Source: Bacteroidaceae bacterium
GTDB lineage: Bacteria > Bacteroidota > Bacteroidia > Bacteroidales > Bacteroidaceae
Assembly: GCA_963600315.1 (NCBI GenBank)
Contig: CAVCAW010000029.1
Location: 7,919-71,918 of the forward strand
Length of the DNA stretch: 64,000 nt
Direction of reading: 5' to 3'
Part shown: one piece after another, positions 52,761 to 64,000 of the stretch
How positions within the stretch are numbered: the stretch's first letter is position 1
Layout: each line of letters opens with the position of its first letter
Notes under the pieces: model-generated
Databases searched by the model: none
Told to the model about the DNA's origin: nothing
The model's input: the letters and a program-made list of their open reading frames with translations, nothing else
Program-made: the position numbers and the translations under genes

Positions 52761-52849
52761 GTGCGTTTCCGCCGAAATGGTTATCAATTTCGGGCGAAAC
52801 GTGCTACAATTTCGGGGGAAACGGAGTTCGATTTCCGCCGAAACGCTAT
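52761..52849. repeat. Phased 22-bp repeat array, copy 3 (cores TTTCSGSSGAAA)
   Basis: TTTCCGCCGAAA (52766), TTTCGGGCGAAA (52788), TTTCGGGGGAAA (52810) and TTTCCGCCGAAA (52832), with exact 22-nt spacing. Confidence 0.9.
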
Positions 52850-52907
52850 TGTGAGGTGGTGACTTCTGGGCATCGGCTCAGGCAGATGTTGACGACGGCA
52901 GTTCATG

Positions 52908-52951
52908 AAAAATCCCCCGGCTGTCTTGGAGAATACAGCCGGGGGATTTTT
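52908..52951 (-). terminator. Rho-independent terminator of the pyrophosphatase gene
   Basis: aaaaatcccccggctgt (52908-52924) and acagccgggggattttt (52935-52951) form a 17-bp stem that includes A/T runs. Confidence 0.8.
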
Positions 52952-53020
52952 AGCTTTTATAGTAGCGGTCATGAGCGGTGGGCTATTGCCCCGCTGCCAT
53001 GACGACCGCACTGAGAGTCA

Positions 53021-55204
53021 TTAGATGAAGGCTACGGTGAGACCTGCCATCACGATGCTTACCATCGACATGAGCTTGATAAGAATGTTGAGCGACGGAC
53101 CTGATGTGTCCTTGAATGGGTCGCCCACGGTGTCGCCCACGATGGTAGCCTTGTGGCACTCTGAGCCTTTGCCTCCGAAGTTGCCTTCTTCAACCATCTT
53201 CTTAGCGTTGTCCCAGGCACCGCCTGCGTTGCTCATGAAGATAGCGAGAGTGAAGCCTGCAGCCAGACCGCCTACGAGCAGACCGAGCACACCAGCTACG
53301 CCGAGCACCAAACCTACCACGATAGGAATGATGATGGCCAGAAGCGACGGGAAGATCATCTCGCGCTGAGCCGAGCGTGTGGAGATTTCTACACAACGGC
53401 CGTAGTCGGGAGTAGCCTTGCCCTCAAGGATTCCCTTGATTTCGCGGAACTGACGACGTACTTCCTGCACCATGTCTTCGGCAGCGCGACCAACGGCACC
53501 CATAGTGATACCGCTGAAGAGGAATGCTGCCATGGCTCCGAGGAACACACCAACAATCACCTTGGGGTTCATGAGGTTGACCTGGAAGTAATCCATGAAT
53601 GAGGGGATGTCCTGAATGTGGCTGAACACCTCTGACATGTGGGCATTGCCAGCCTCTGCCAAGCGGTGTACTGCTTCCTTGATTTCCTCAATGTAGGAAG
53701 CCAAGAGAGCGAGAGCCGTGAGGGCTGCAGAACCGATGGCGAAGCCCTTGCCGGTGGCGGCTGTGGTGTTGCCCAGGGCGTCGAGAGCATCAGTGCGCTT
53801 GCGTACTTCCTCGCCAAGTTCGCTCATCTCAGCGTTACCGCCAGCGTTGTCAGCGATTGGGCCATAGGCGTCGGTGGCAAGAGTGATGCCGAGGGTAGAG
53901 AGCATGCCGACTGCAGCAATGCCCACGCCATAGAGACCCATAGAGAGATTCGCAGAGTTCATGTCAAGCTGGAAACCGTTGGCGCAGAGGTAGCTGAGCA
54001 AGATTGCCACGGAGATGGTGACCACGGGAATCATCGTTGAGATCATACCAGTGCCCACACCCTTGATGATAACGGTGGCAGCACCTGTAGTTGATGCTTC
54101 CGAAATCTTCTGGGTGGGTTTATAGGAGTGAGAGGTGTAGTATTCGGTAGCCTGACCGATTATCACACCGGCGAGCAGACCTGTGATTACGGAGAACGAA
54201 ATGCCAATCCAGTTCTCTATCTGGAGGAGGTAGAGAATCACGAAAGAGGCAACGGCGATGAGAGCTGCGCTGACGTTGGTGCCGAGGCCCAGCGAGCGGA
54301 GCAACTGCTTCATCGTAGCACCTTCCTTGGTGCGCACGAGGAATATGCCAAAGAGAGAGAGGAATATGCCCACGGCAGCAATGACCATCGGAGCGATGAC
54401 TGACTTAACCTGCATAGTGGGGTTTGCCACGAAGGCTGTAGCACCCAGAGCTGCAGTGGAGAGGATGGCACCGCAGTAGCTCTCGTAGAGGTCTGCGCCC
54501 ATGCCGGCTACGTCGCCCACGTTGTCGCCTACGTTGTCGGCAATGGTAGCGGGGTTGCGAGGGTCGTCTTCGGGAATGTCGGCTTCCACCTTACCCACGA
54601 TGTCGGCACCCACGTCGGCAGCCTTGGTGTAGATACCACCGCCCACACGTGCGAACAGGGCTTGGGTAGAAGCACCCATGCCGAAGGTAAGCATGGTGGT
54701 GGTGATGGTGACGAGGCTGTCTATGCCGGCGGCATTGAGAATGATGTACCACACAGCGATGTCGAGCAGGCCGAGACCTACTACGGTCAAGCCCATCACG
54801 GCACCCGAGCGGAATGCTATGCGCAGTCCGGCATCAAGGCTGTTGCGAGCCGCATTGGCTGTACGTGCTGAAGCGTAGGTGGCTGTCTTCATGCCAAAGA
54901 ATCCTGCCAGGCCGGAGAAGAGACCGCCTGTGAGGAATGCGAACGGCACCCAAGGGTTCTGCATGTGGAAGCCGTAGGCCATGATGGCAAAGATTACGGC
55001 GAGCACTATAAACACGATGCAGACAACCTTGTACTGCTGCTTGAGGTAAGCCATGGCACCCTTGCGGACGTGCTCCGCAATTTCGCGCATACGGGGCGTT
55101 CCCTCATCTGCTTTCTTCATCTGCTTGAAGAAATAGAGGGCTGTTCCCAGTGCTACCACGGAGGCAATGGGGACAAGCCAGAATACGTTTAGAATTTTTT
55201 CCAT
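53021..55204 (-). CDS. hppA: Membrane-bound ion-translocating inorganic pyrophosphatase
   Basis: 727 aa with about 16 TM segments and signature blocks [28 protein letters not shown], and [15 protein letters not shown]. Confidence 0.95.
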   Translation of the reverse strand: MEKILNVFWLVPIASVVALGTALYFFKQMKKADEGTPRMREIAEHVRKGAMAYLKQQYKVVCIVFIVLAVIFAIMAYGFHMQNPWVPFAFLTGGLFSGLAGFFGMKTATYASARTANAARNSLDAGLRIAFRSGAVMGLTVVGLGLLDIAVWYIILNAAGIDSLVTITTTMLTFGMGASTQALFARVGGGIYTKAADVGADIVGKVEADIPEDDPRNPATIADNVGDNVGDVAGMGADLYESYCGAILSTAALGATAFVANPTMQVKSVIAPMVIAAVGIFLSLFGIFLVRTKEGATMKQLLRSLGLGTNVSAALIAVASFVILYLLQIENWIGISFSVITGLLAGVIIGQATEYYTSHSYKPTQKISEASTTGAATVIIKGVGTGMISTMIPVVTISVAILLSYLCANGFQLDMNSANLSMGLYGVGIAAVGMLSTLGITLATDAYGPIADNAGGNAEMSELGEEVRKRTDALDALGNTTAATGKGFAIGSAALTALALLASYIEEIKEAVHRLAEAGNAHMSEVFSHIQDIPSFMDYFQVNLMNPKVIVGVFLGAMAAFLFSGITMGAVGRAAEDMVQEVRRQFREIKGILEGKATPDYGRCVEISTRSAQREMIFPSLLAIIIPIVVGLVLGVAGVLGLLVGGLAAGFTLAIFMSNAGGAWDNAKKMVEEGNFGGKGSECHKATIVGDTVGDPFKDTSGPSLNILIKLMSMVSIVMAGLTVAFI

Positions 55205-55232
55205 TTGTTTGATAAAAATTTTTTGTGAGTTA

Positions 55233-55240
55233 CAAAATTA
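55233..55240 (-). promoter_or_regulatory. Candidate -7 promoter box (TAATTTTG on minus strand) for hppA; a second identical box lies at 55276-55283
   Basis: Exact TAnnTTTG matches 29 and 72 nt upstream of the ATG at 55204. Confidence 0.4.
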
Positions 55241-55345
55241 GTGTTATTTAACGGGAAAAGCTTGCTTAAAACCTACAAAATTACACTTAGAGAAGTGAGA
55301 ATGTCACCAAATGTAAGTTTCTGGGCATCATGGGTTACCAAAATG

Positions 55346-55397
55346 AGTTCCGCACGCCACAGCGGTGCTAGCGTGTGTGTGTGTGGCGTGCGGAACT
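55346..55397 (-). terminator. Terminator hairpin of the PAP2 gene, with a (GT)6 run in the loop
   Basis: agttccgcacgccaca (55346-55361) and tgtggcgtgcggaact (55382-55397) form a 16-bp stem. gtgtgtgtgtgtg lies at 55373-55385, and a T-run follows on the minus strand. Confidence 0.65.
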
Positions 55398-55457
55398 ATG
55401 TCGAATTGTTGCTGAGCTCGCTGTGTCAGCGGGTTGACTGCAATCAATCTTGCTAAA

Positions 55458-56465
55458 TCAGTGAGAACTGTGGTGGTGGTGATGGCCGAAGCGGTGAAGC
55501 GCATCAAACCCTTTGGGACGGTGGAAGAAAGAGGTGCGGTAGAGTTTTTCGGCAATGAAGATGAACAACGCTGCCGACACGAAGCCTCCGATGACGTCGA
55601 CGGCGTAGTGGGCACCGATATAGACGGTGGAGAGACAGAGTATGAGCCAGAAGGGCATCATCAGGAAGCCCCACATCTTCTTCAGTCGCATGACAAGGTA
55701 GAGTATCACGGTGGACGCACCTACGTGGCTGCTCGGAAAAGCGGCTATTGGCTTCTCGCTGCCCTGCGCCATGTGGACAAGATGGCTGAAGGGACCCGTC
55801 ACTGCGCTCATGTGGTTGAGTTCGGTATGGCTACCAAACCATGTGCCGACGGACGGGAAGACAGCATTGGCGACATCAACACCGGGACATTTGAAATAGA
55901 ACTGCGGACCTGCGGAGTTGTAGAGCAAAAACACAGTGTAGTACATGAAGAACGTGGACATGAGCACAAAGGTGGTACGGTCAAACTTGCGGGGCCTCTT
56001 GATGATGACAAGCAATACGACCGTTGCAATCATGAGGTAGTAGGAGAAGTAGCCCATATTGAACAGTTCGTTCCAGAAAGTGCCGTGGAGCACCTGGCTA
56101 AACATCACCGATGGTTGGCACCCGAAGATGGCTTGGTCTGCCAAGGCCAGAGTGTGGTCATGGCTGGGCATCATAGCCGCCAGATTGTAGATGTCGGGAT
56201 ACCAGAATGCCAACAAGGCGATTTGGAAGACTACCCTCAGCTGGTAGGTGGCATGGCACGGATGGCGGAAATATAGCCACACGAGCACGGCGGTGGCAAC
56301 CATGATAGCCAGGCGGCTGATGAGTATGTTTGTCAGAACCGTTTCGTCGAGGTCGGTATAGAAAACGGCTGTCAGGGCGAGGGTGATGCCAATGTAGATA
56401 GCGGCGGCTTTCTCTATGCCGTTGAGTCCCGGCATAGGGTGTTGAATGGTAAAGTAGTTTGCCAT
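55458..56465 (-). CDS. PAP2-superfamily membrane protein (lipid phosphatase / phosphotransferase-like) with a His-rich C-terminal tail
   Basis: Multi-TM protein with PAP2 motifs FPSSHVGAS and GAHYAVDVIGG. The C-terminus is FGHHHHHSSH. Confidence 0.8.
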   Translation of the reverse strand: MANYFTIQHPMPGLNGIEKAAAIYIGITLALTAVFYTDLDETVLTNILISRLAIMVATAVLVWLYFRHPCHATYQLRVVFQIALLAFWYPDIYNLAAMMPSHDHTLALADQAIFGCQPSVMFSQVLHGTFWNELFNMGYFSYYLMIATVVLLVIIKRPRKFDRTTFVLMSTFFMYYTVFLLYNSAGPQFYFKCPGVDVANAVFPSVGTWFGSHTELNHMSAVTGPFSHLVHMAQGSEKPIAAFPSSHVGASTVILYLVMRLKKMWGFLMMPFWLILCLSTVYIGAHYAVDVIGGFVSAALFIFIAEKLYRTSFFHRPKGFDALHRFGHHHHHSSH

Positions 56466-56532
56466 AGTTGTTAGGTTGTGGTTTGTGTTAGGTGAGTTGC
56501 GGCATGATGCGACACTGATATATATGTGTGTG

Positions 56533-57234
56533 TCACATTTCCCGCAGAATGGCTGCGAGCCGCTCCATGCCTTCGGTGGCTCCCGCCTTGATATGGGTCA
56601 CGCTGATGCCTTGGGGAGTCTTGACGTCTTTGGGGTCGATGAGGAAGATTGGGGTGCCTGCCGGGGCATAGTCAATGAGGCTGGCGGCAGGATAGACGTT
56701 GAGCGAAGTGCCGATGATGACGAAGATGTCGGTCGCAGCAACCTTGGCGGCAGCTGCTGAAATCATGGGCACTGCCTCTTCGAAGAATACTATGTAGGGG
56801 CGCAGCAGCGAGCCGTCGCCAGCCTTTTCGCCTGGCTTGACACGGTAGTCGCTTTCGCCAAGGATTTTCCAATAGCGCGGATTTTCTACATCTGCCGACG
56901 AGCATACTTTCTTCAGTTCGCCATGGAGGTGAATGACGTTGGTAGAGCCTGCCCGCTCGTGGAGGTCGTCGATATTCTGCGTGATGACGCTCACACTGAA
57001 GCTGTCCTCCAGCTGCGCCAGCAGTTTGTGGGCTCCACACGGCTGCGTCTGGAAGAGTTGCTGGCGGCGCTCGTTATAGAAGCGGTTGACCAGGTCGGGG
57101 TCTTTGAGCCATCCCGTGTGGCTTGCCACCTGCATCACTGGATATTGTTCCCACAGTCCACCCGAATCGCGGAAGGTGGAAATGCCGCTCTCGGCGCTGA
57201 TGCCGGCTCCTGTCAATACTGTAAGTTTCTTCAT
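56533..57234 (-). CDS. cobB: NAD-dependent protein deacylase (Sir2/CobB family)
   Basis: The ATG at 57234 gives MKKLTVLTGAGISAESGISTFRDSGGLWE. Also QNIDDLHERAG and HLHGEL. The longer ORF start (57291) is overlapped by a -7 box. Confidence 0.9.
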   Translation of the reverse strand: MKKLTVLTGAGISAESGISTFRDSGGLWEQYPVMQVASHTGWLKDPDLVNRFYNERRQQLFQTQPCGAHKLLAQLEDSFSVSVITQNIDDLHERAGSTNVIHLHGELKKVCSSADVENPRYWKILGESDYRVKPGEKAGDGSLLRPYIVFFEEAVPMISAAAAKVAATDIFVIIGTSLNVYPAASLIDYAPAGTPIFLIDPKDVKTPQGISVTHIKAGATEGMERLAAILREM

Positions 57235-57288
57235 CGCTAAAGGCTCGCTGACTGATGCCGGCGAGCGAATGTTTTGGTTAAATTCCTG

Positions 57289-57296
57289 CAAAGGTA
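57289..57296 (-). promoter_or_regulatory. Candidate -7 promoter box (TACCTTTG on minus strand) for the sirtuin gene
   Basis: Exact TAnnTTTG, 55 nt upstream of the ATG at 57234. Confidence 0.4.
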
Positions 57297-57390
57297 TTAA
57301 CTTTTCGCTAATGCTATGACGTTAGTTCAATAGAAATTGTGTTACTTTGCAGTGTTCAGACACCTTATTTAAATTAAAAGAACTACAGTC

Positions 57391-59640
57391 ATGGGGAAGA
57401 AATCTAATTTTCAAAGTCGTAAGAACAAGAGGGAGCTAGCCAATGCGTTGATGGACTTTTTTCTAGCCAATCCCAACACCGAGTTTGGCAGAACGGAGCT
57501 TTACACCGAGTTTGGACTCAAGAGCCATCCTGCGCGAGTGGTGATGGTCGACATTCTTGAAGACTTGGTCATGTGTGGTTACTTGACGCAGAGTACTTCG
57601 GGGTGTTACCTGCTCCAAGAGCGACAAGACCTGAAGGAAGGCACCGTGACACGCCACGGCAAGGACTACTCCTTCGTGCCCGATGGCGAGGAAGCCCCCG
57701 TCTACCTCGATGAACGCAACAGCGGTGGAGCCCTCAATGGCGACAGAGTGTCGGCCACGATGTCCTTCAGTCGCAGGGGCAATCGGCAAGAGGCGCGAGT
57801 GGTGGCTATCATCAGCAGGGCGAAGGACACGTTTGTCGGTGTACTCTCGGTAGACAAGCATTTCGCCTTTTTGGAAACTTCCGACAAGTATCTGCCCTAC
57901 GACATATTCATACCCAAAGCCAATATTGGCGCAGCGCACAACGGCGACAAGGTGATTGTGAAAATCATGGAGTGGCCGTCGAGCAACAACCGCTCGCCTG
58001 TAGGCAAGATTATCGACGTGCTCGGCGCTACGGGCGACAACACCGTGGAGATGCACGCCATCTTGGCGGAGTTCGGGCTACCCTACTCCTATCCTGAAAA
58101 CCTGGAGCAATTGGCCAACAAGATTTCAGACTCTATTCCACAGAAAGAGATTAAGGAACGCGAGGATTTCCGCAGCATAACGACGTTTACCATTGACCCA
58201 CGCGATGCCAAGGACTTTGATGATGCCCTCTCGCTACGCCGCCTTGACGATGGACTCTGGGAGGTGGGCGTACACATAGCCGACGTGACCTACTACGTCA
58301 AGGAAGGCTCACCCATCGACGAAGAGGCCTACAACCGCGCCACCAGCGTCTATCTGGTGGACCGCACCATACCCATGCTGCCCGAGCGGCTGTGCAACTA
58401 CATCTGCTCACTGCGCCCTAACGAGGAGAAGCTGGCATATAGCGTAATCTTCAGCATGAACGACAGCGCCGAAGTCATCGACTGGCACATAGCCCGCACT
58501 GTGATAAAGAGCGACCGCCGCTTTGTCTACGAAGAGGTGCAGGCCATCTTGGAACAAAACGGCGAAGCTTCACCCGAAGACCTCTCCAAGCCAGGGATTC
58601 ACCCTGCCCGAGTGAAAGCGACGGCCGACGGAAGCCCCGTGGGCGAGTATGCCACAGAGCTCATAGCGCTCAACCGATTGGCCAAACGGCTAAGGGAACA
58701 GCGCACCAAGAATGGGGCTATTGAGTTTGAGCGCGAAGAGGTGCGCTTTGAGCTCGACGACAAGGGACACCCCCTGAGCACTTATATAAAGGTGTCGCAA
58801 GATGCCCACAAGCTGGTAGAGGAGTTCATGCTGCTGGCCAACCGCTATGTGGCGCAAAAGATTGGCATGGTGCCCGCTGGCACTAAAGCCAAGGTGTTCC
58901 CCTACCGCATCCACGACGTGCCCGACCCCGAGAAACTGTCGAAGCTGTCAGGCTACGTGGCGCGTTTCGGCTACCGGCTCGACGCATCGGGGTCTCGCAA
59001 GCAAGTGTCTAAAGACATCAATGCCATGCTGGCCAAGGCTCAAGGCTCCAAAGAGAAGGAACTGATAGAGGAAGTCACACTGCGCTCCATGATGAAGGCA
59101 CGCTACAGCACACACAACATCGGCCACTACGGACTGATGTTCAAACACTACACCCATTTCACTTCGCCCATTAGGCGTTATCCCGACCAGATGGTTCACC
59201 GCCTGCTCACTCGCTATCTGGCGGGCGGGCGCAGTGTCAACAAACTAAAGTGTGAGGAACAGTGTGAGCACTCCAGCGCCATGGAGCAGTTGGCAGCCAA
59301 CGCAGAGCGCGCTTCTATCAAGTACAAGCAGGTGGAGTTTCTAGCCGACAAGGTAGGGCAGGAGTTTGACGGCAAGGTGAGCGGCGCTTCTGACTTCGGA
59401 CTCTTCGTGGAACTGACCGACTCCAAGTGCGAGGGGGCAGTACCCTTGCGCACTCTCCATGATGACTATTATAGCTTCGACGACCGGGCACTGTGTCTGC
59501 GCGGCCGACGTTCACACCGCACCATCAGCTTGGGCGACCCCGTCAGGGTACGAGTGGCCAGCGCCAATCTCGAGAAGCGCCAGCTCGACTTCGAATTGCT
59601 TGAGGTGAAGGGGCACAAGTACAAGTATAAGAAGCCATAA
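57391..59640 (+). CDS. rnr: Ribonuclease R (RNB-family 3'-5' exoribonuclease)
   Basis: 749 aa with cold-shock-like N-terminal domains, an RNB catalytic core (TIDPRDAKDFDDALS, VYLVDRTIPMLPE, HYGLMFKHYTHFTSPIRRYPD) and a C-terminal S1 domain (GKVSGASDFGLFVEL). Confidence 0.95.
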   Translation: MGKKSNFQSRKNKRELANALMDFFLANPNTEFGRTELYTEFGLKSHPARVVMVDILEDLVMCGYLTQSTSGCYLLQERQDLKEGTVTRHGKDYSFVPDGEEAPVYLDERNSGGALNGDRVSATMSFSRRGNRQEARVVAIISRAKDTFVGVLSVDKHFAFLETSDKYLPYDIFIPKANIGAAHNGDKVIVKIMEWPSSNNRSPVGKIIDVLGATGDNTVEMHAILAEFGLPYSYPENLEQLANKISDSIPQKEIKEREDFRSITTFTIDPRDAKDFDDALSLRRLDDGLWEVGVHIADVTYYVKEGSPIDEEAYNRATSVYLVDRTIPMLPERLCNYICSLRPNEEKLAYSVIFSMNDSAEVIDWHIARTVIKSDRRFVYEEVQAILEQNGEASPEDLSKPGIHPARVKATADGSPVGEYATELIALNRLAKRLREQRTKNGAIEFEREEVRFELDDKGHPLSTYIKVSQDAHKLVEEFMLLANRYVAQKIGMVPAGTKAKVFPYRIHDVPDPEKLSKLSGYVARFGYRLDASGSRKQVSKDINAMLAKAQGSKEKELIEEVTLRSMMKARYSTHNIGHYGLMFKHYTHFTSPIRRYPDQMVHRLLTRYLAGGRSVNKLKCEEQCEHSSAMEQLAANAERASIKYKQVEFLADKVGQEFDGKVSGASDFGLFVELTDSKCEGAVPLRTLHDDYYSFDDRALCLRGRRSHRTISLGDPVRVRVASANLEKRQLDFELLEVKGHKYKYKKP

Positions 59641-59680
59641 ACACACAGCACTTGTGGTTTGGCTTAGCTGACAAGTAACG

Positions 59681-59728
59681 AAAAAACGGCGGCGGAATCT
59701 TGAATGTTGAAGATTCCGCCGCCTTTTT
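59681..59728. terminator. Bidirectional rho-independent terminator between the convergent rnr and permease genes
   Basis: A6, ggcggcggaatctt (59688-59701), aagattccgccgcc (59710-59723), T5. Confidence 0.8.
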
Positions 59729-59741
59729 CGTTAGGCTTGCC

Positions 59742-61046
59742 CTACAAGAATATGTAGCGCAGCATGAAGACTATTGAAAGGACAATCATGCCCACATTGA
59801 GTTCTTTCACCTTGCCGCAACAGAGGTGTATCAGTACCCACGAGATTATTCCGAGCAGCATGCCCTCGGATATAGAGCACGTCATCGGAATAAAGGCTAT
59901 GCAGATAAAACAGGGTATGGCGGTAGCATAGTTGTTGAAGTCAATATTGCTGACAGCCCCCATGGTCATCACTCCCACCATGATAAGTGCGGGTGCTGTA
60001 GCCTGTGGTGGCACAGCGAGAAACAGAGGGGCGAAGAACAAGGCGGCAGCAAAGCACATGGCGGAGGTAAACGCTGTCAGTCCACAACGCCCACCCTCGT
60101 TGACTCCCGTGGCGCTCTCCATGGTGGTAGTAACGGTCGACGTGCCCAAAACGGCTCCTATTGTGGTGCCAACGGCATCGGCTATGAAGGCCTGCTTGAG
60201 ATGCGGAATATTGCCATCTTTGTCGATAATGCCGGCTCGCTCGCTTACACCCACAAAGGTGCCGATGGTATCGAAGATGTCGAAAAACAGCAGAGTGAAC
60301 ACACAAATCACCATGTCGAGGCAGAAGATGTTGTCCCACTCAAATTGGCAGAATATAGGTTGCAAACTTGGCGGTGCGCTAACCAGTGTAGTGAGCTTGG
60401 TTATGCCCAACGGAATGCCTATAGCGGTGACAATCAGGATGCCTATAAGCAATGCGCCAGTTACCTTGCGCACCAGCAAGACGGCACTTAGCACCAACCC
60501 GAAGCATGCCAACAACACCGCAGGGTCATGGAGGTTGCCCAGACCTATCAGTGTGGCATCGTTCTTAACTATAATGCCAGCGTTTTTCAAACCGAGGAAG
60601 GTTATAAACAATCCGATACCCGGCGAAATGGCCTGACGGAACATAGGTGGAAGGCAGTCCACAATTTTCTGGCGAAGGTCGGTAAGGGTCAGTATGATGA
60701 AGATAAGCCCCTCAATGAGCACTGCCGTGAGGGCAAACTGCCATCGGTAGCCCATGGCGAGCACCACGGTGTAGGCGAAGAAGGCACTAATACCAGTTCC
60801 AGGACCAAGAACAAAGGGAAGTTTGGCATAGATTGCCATTATGAGCGTAGCAACGATGGCCGACACGGCAGCGGCTGTAAACACTGCACTCTTGTCCATG
60901 CCAGTAGTCCCTAAAATGGTAGGGATAACGGCAAGAATGTAGGCCACGGTCAGAAAAGTGGTAATTCCGCCGACAATCTCCTTCTTGACGGTCATCTTGC
61001 TGTGGTCGAAGCCAAACAGCTTCTTCAATATTATATGCTTGGTCAT
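59742..61046 (-). CDS. NCS2/AzgA-family purine (adenine/guanine/hypoxanthine-type) permease
   Basis: 434 aa with about 12 TM segments. N-terminus LFGFDHSKMTVKKEIVGGITTFLTVAYILAVIP and internal ESATGV block typical of the AzgA-like branch. Confidence 0.85.
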   Translation of the reverse strand: MTKHIILKKLFGFDHSKMTVKKEIVGGITTFLTVAYILAVIPTILGTTGMDKSAVFTAAAVSAIVATLIMAIYAKLPFVLGPGTGISAFFAYTVVLAMGYRWQFALTAVLIEGLIFIILTLTDLRQKIVDCLPPMFRQAISPGIGLFITFLGLKNAGIIVKNDATLIGLGNLHDPAVLLACFGLVLSAVLLVRKVTGALLIGILIVTAIGIPLGITKLTTLVSAPPSLQPIFCQFEWDNIFCLDMVICVFTLLFFDIFDTIGTFVGVSERAGIIDKDGNIPHLKQAFIADAVGTTIGAVLGTSTVTTTMESATGVNEGGRCGLTAFTSAMCFAAALFFAPLFLAVPPQATAPALIMVGVMTMGAVSNIDFNNYATAIPCFICIAFIPMTCSISEGMLLGIISWVLIHLCCGKVKELNVGMIVLSIVFMLRYIFL

Positions 61047-61173
61047 AAGAATTAAGTTTTCTGTGGCTCATGGTGTGCCGTTGCAGAACAAGTGCCTTTG
61101 CCGTCATACCCTGTCGCATACAATCACTACAGGTTTCTCAATCTGCTCTGACAATGTTAACCATCGGCATCGT

Positions 61174-63688
<2,515 letters not shown>

Positions 63689-63692
<4 letters not shown>

Positions 63693-64000
63693 CCAACGAA
63701 GACTTCATAGCGCAACACTTGAGCGACGACATTAGGGCGCTCGCTCTCAAGAAGGCACCCGACGGCGTAGACGCAACGTGGTGTCTGCAGCAGATAGAGG
63801 GCTGGCAGTTGGCCAAAGCCAAAATACCGTCGTGGGCAACAACCCCCGGACTTTGGTTTCCGCCCAAACTGTCGATGGAACAGTGCTCCAGCGAACCGAC
63901 GGCGATTTATAAACAAAATCAGCTATTACGCCTACTACCCGACGAGGGCGACAGAACGGCTATGACAGACTTCACGGGCGGCTATGGGGTTGACTTCAGT
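63689..64000 (+). CDS. Probable class I SAM-dependent methyltransferase, N-terminal part (runs off window end)
   Basis: Manual translation from the ATG at 63689, which overlaps the previous stop (ATGA): MTNEDFIAQHLSDDIRALALKKAPDGVDATWCLQQIEGWQLAKAKIPSW...LSMEQCSSEPTAIYK. It resembles N-termini of Bacteroides methyltransferases. The catalytic domain is not in the window. Confidence 0.45.

Noticed and set aside
55434-56276. 280-aa plus-strand ORF
   Set aside because: It is antisense to the PAP2 membrane protein gene, a shadow ORF.
61047-61173. Purine riboswitch in the leader of the NCS2 purine permease
   Set aside because: I read the minus-strand leader and found none of the conserved purine-riboswitch loop and junction sequences, and no convincing three-way junction.

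Overview
This 64-kb window looks like a chromosomal segment of a Bacteroidota (Bacteroidales-type) genome. The evidence is lipoprotein-type type V pilin genes, several T9SS C-terminal sorting domains, exact TAnnTTTG -7 promoter boxes in front of many genes, and typical Bacteroides housekeeping families. I can support about 31 protein-coding genes and one multiply frameshifted pseudogene. I found no rRNA, intact tRNA, CRISPR array, integrase or transposase.

The centrepiece is a ~27.6-kb, nine-gene, same-strand cluster (5603-33224). It encodes a DUF3575 outer-membrane protein, an Mfa2/FimB-like anchor, four tandem Mfa1-like fimbrillin paralogs and a fifth pilin-like lipoprotein. These are followed by a 4409-aa protein built from about seven tandem beta-helix modules and an 1134-aa Ig-repeat protein, both ending in T9SS sorting domains. 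A single canonical terminator closes the cluster at 33302-33339. It reads as a type V pilus operon with oversized T9SS-dependent adhesin cargo.

The most unusual non-coding signal is a dispersed repeat family I do not recognise. Three intergenic arrays (4227-4345, 40521-40608, 52761-52849) each contain four units phased at exactly 22 bp around a palindromic core TTTCSGSSGAAA. All three are in the same orientation and lie upstream of the promoter of a minus-strand gene.

Other oddities:
- a tRNA 3'-half-like minihelix between two fimbrillin genes
- a G8 tract in an ORF upstream of the pilus operon
- a (GY)8Y tail on the tyrosine autokinase, encoded by a hexanucleotide microsatellite
- perfect palindromes next to a decayed AAA-ATPase gene
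- a large T9SS papain-like peptidase

The remaining genes are housekeeping: priA, gamma-CA-like protein, aminopeptidase P, TrpB-like enzyme, tyrS, TetR-fabG, RluA-family synthase, GT2, wza/wzc-like pair, membrane pyrophosphatase, PAP2 protein, sirtuin, RNase R, NCS2 permease and GH97.

All calls come from reading the sequence and motif-level recognition only. No searches were run, and domain boundaries are approximate.
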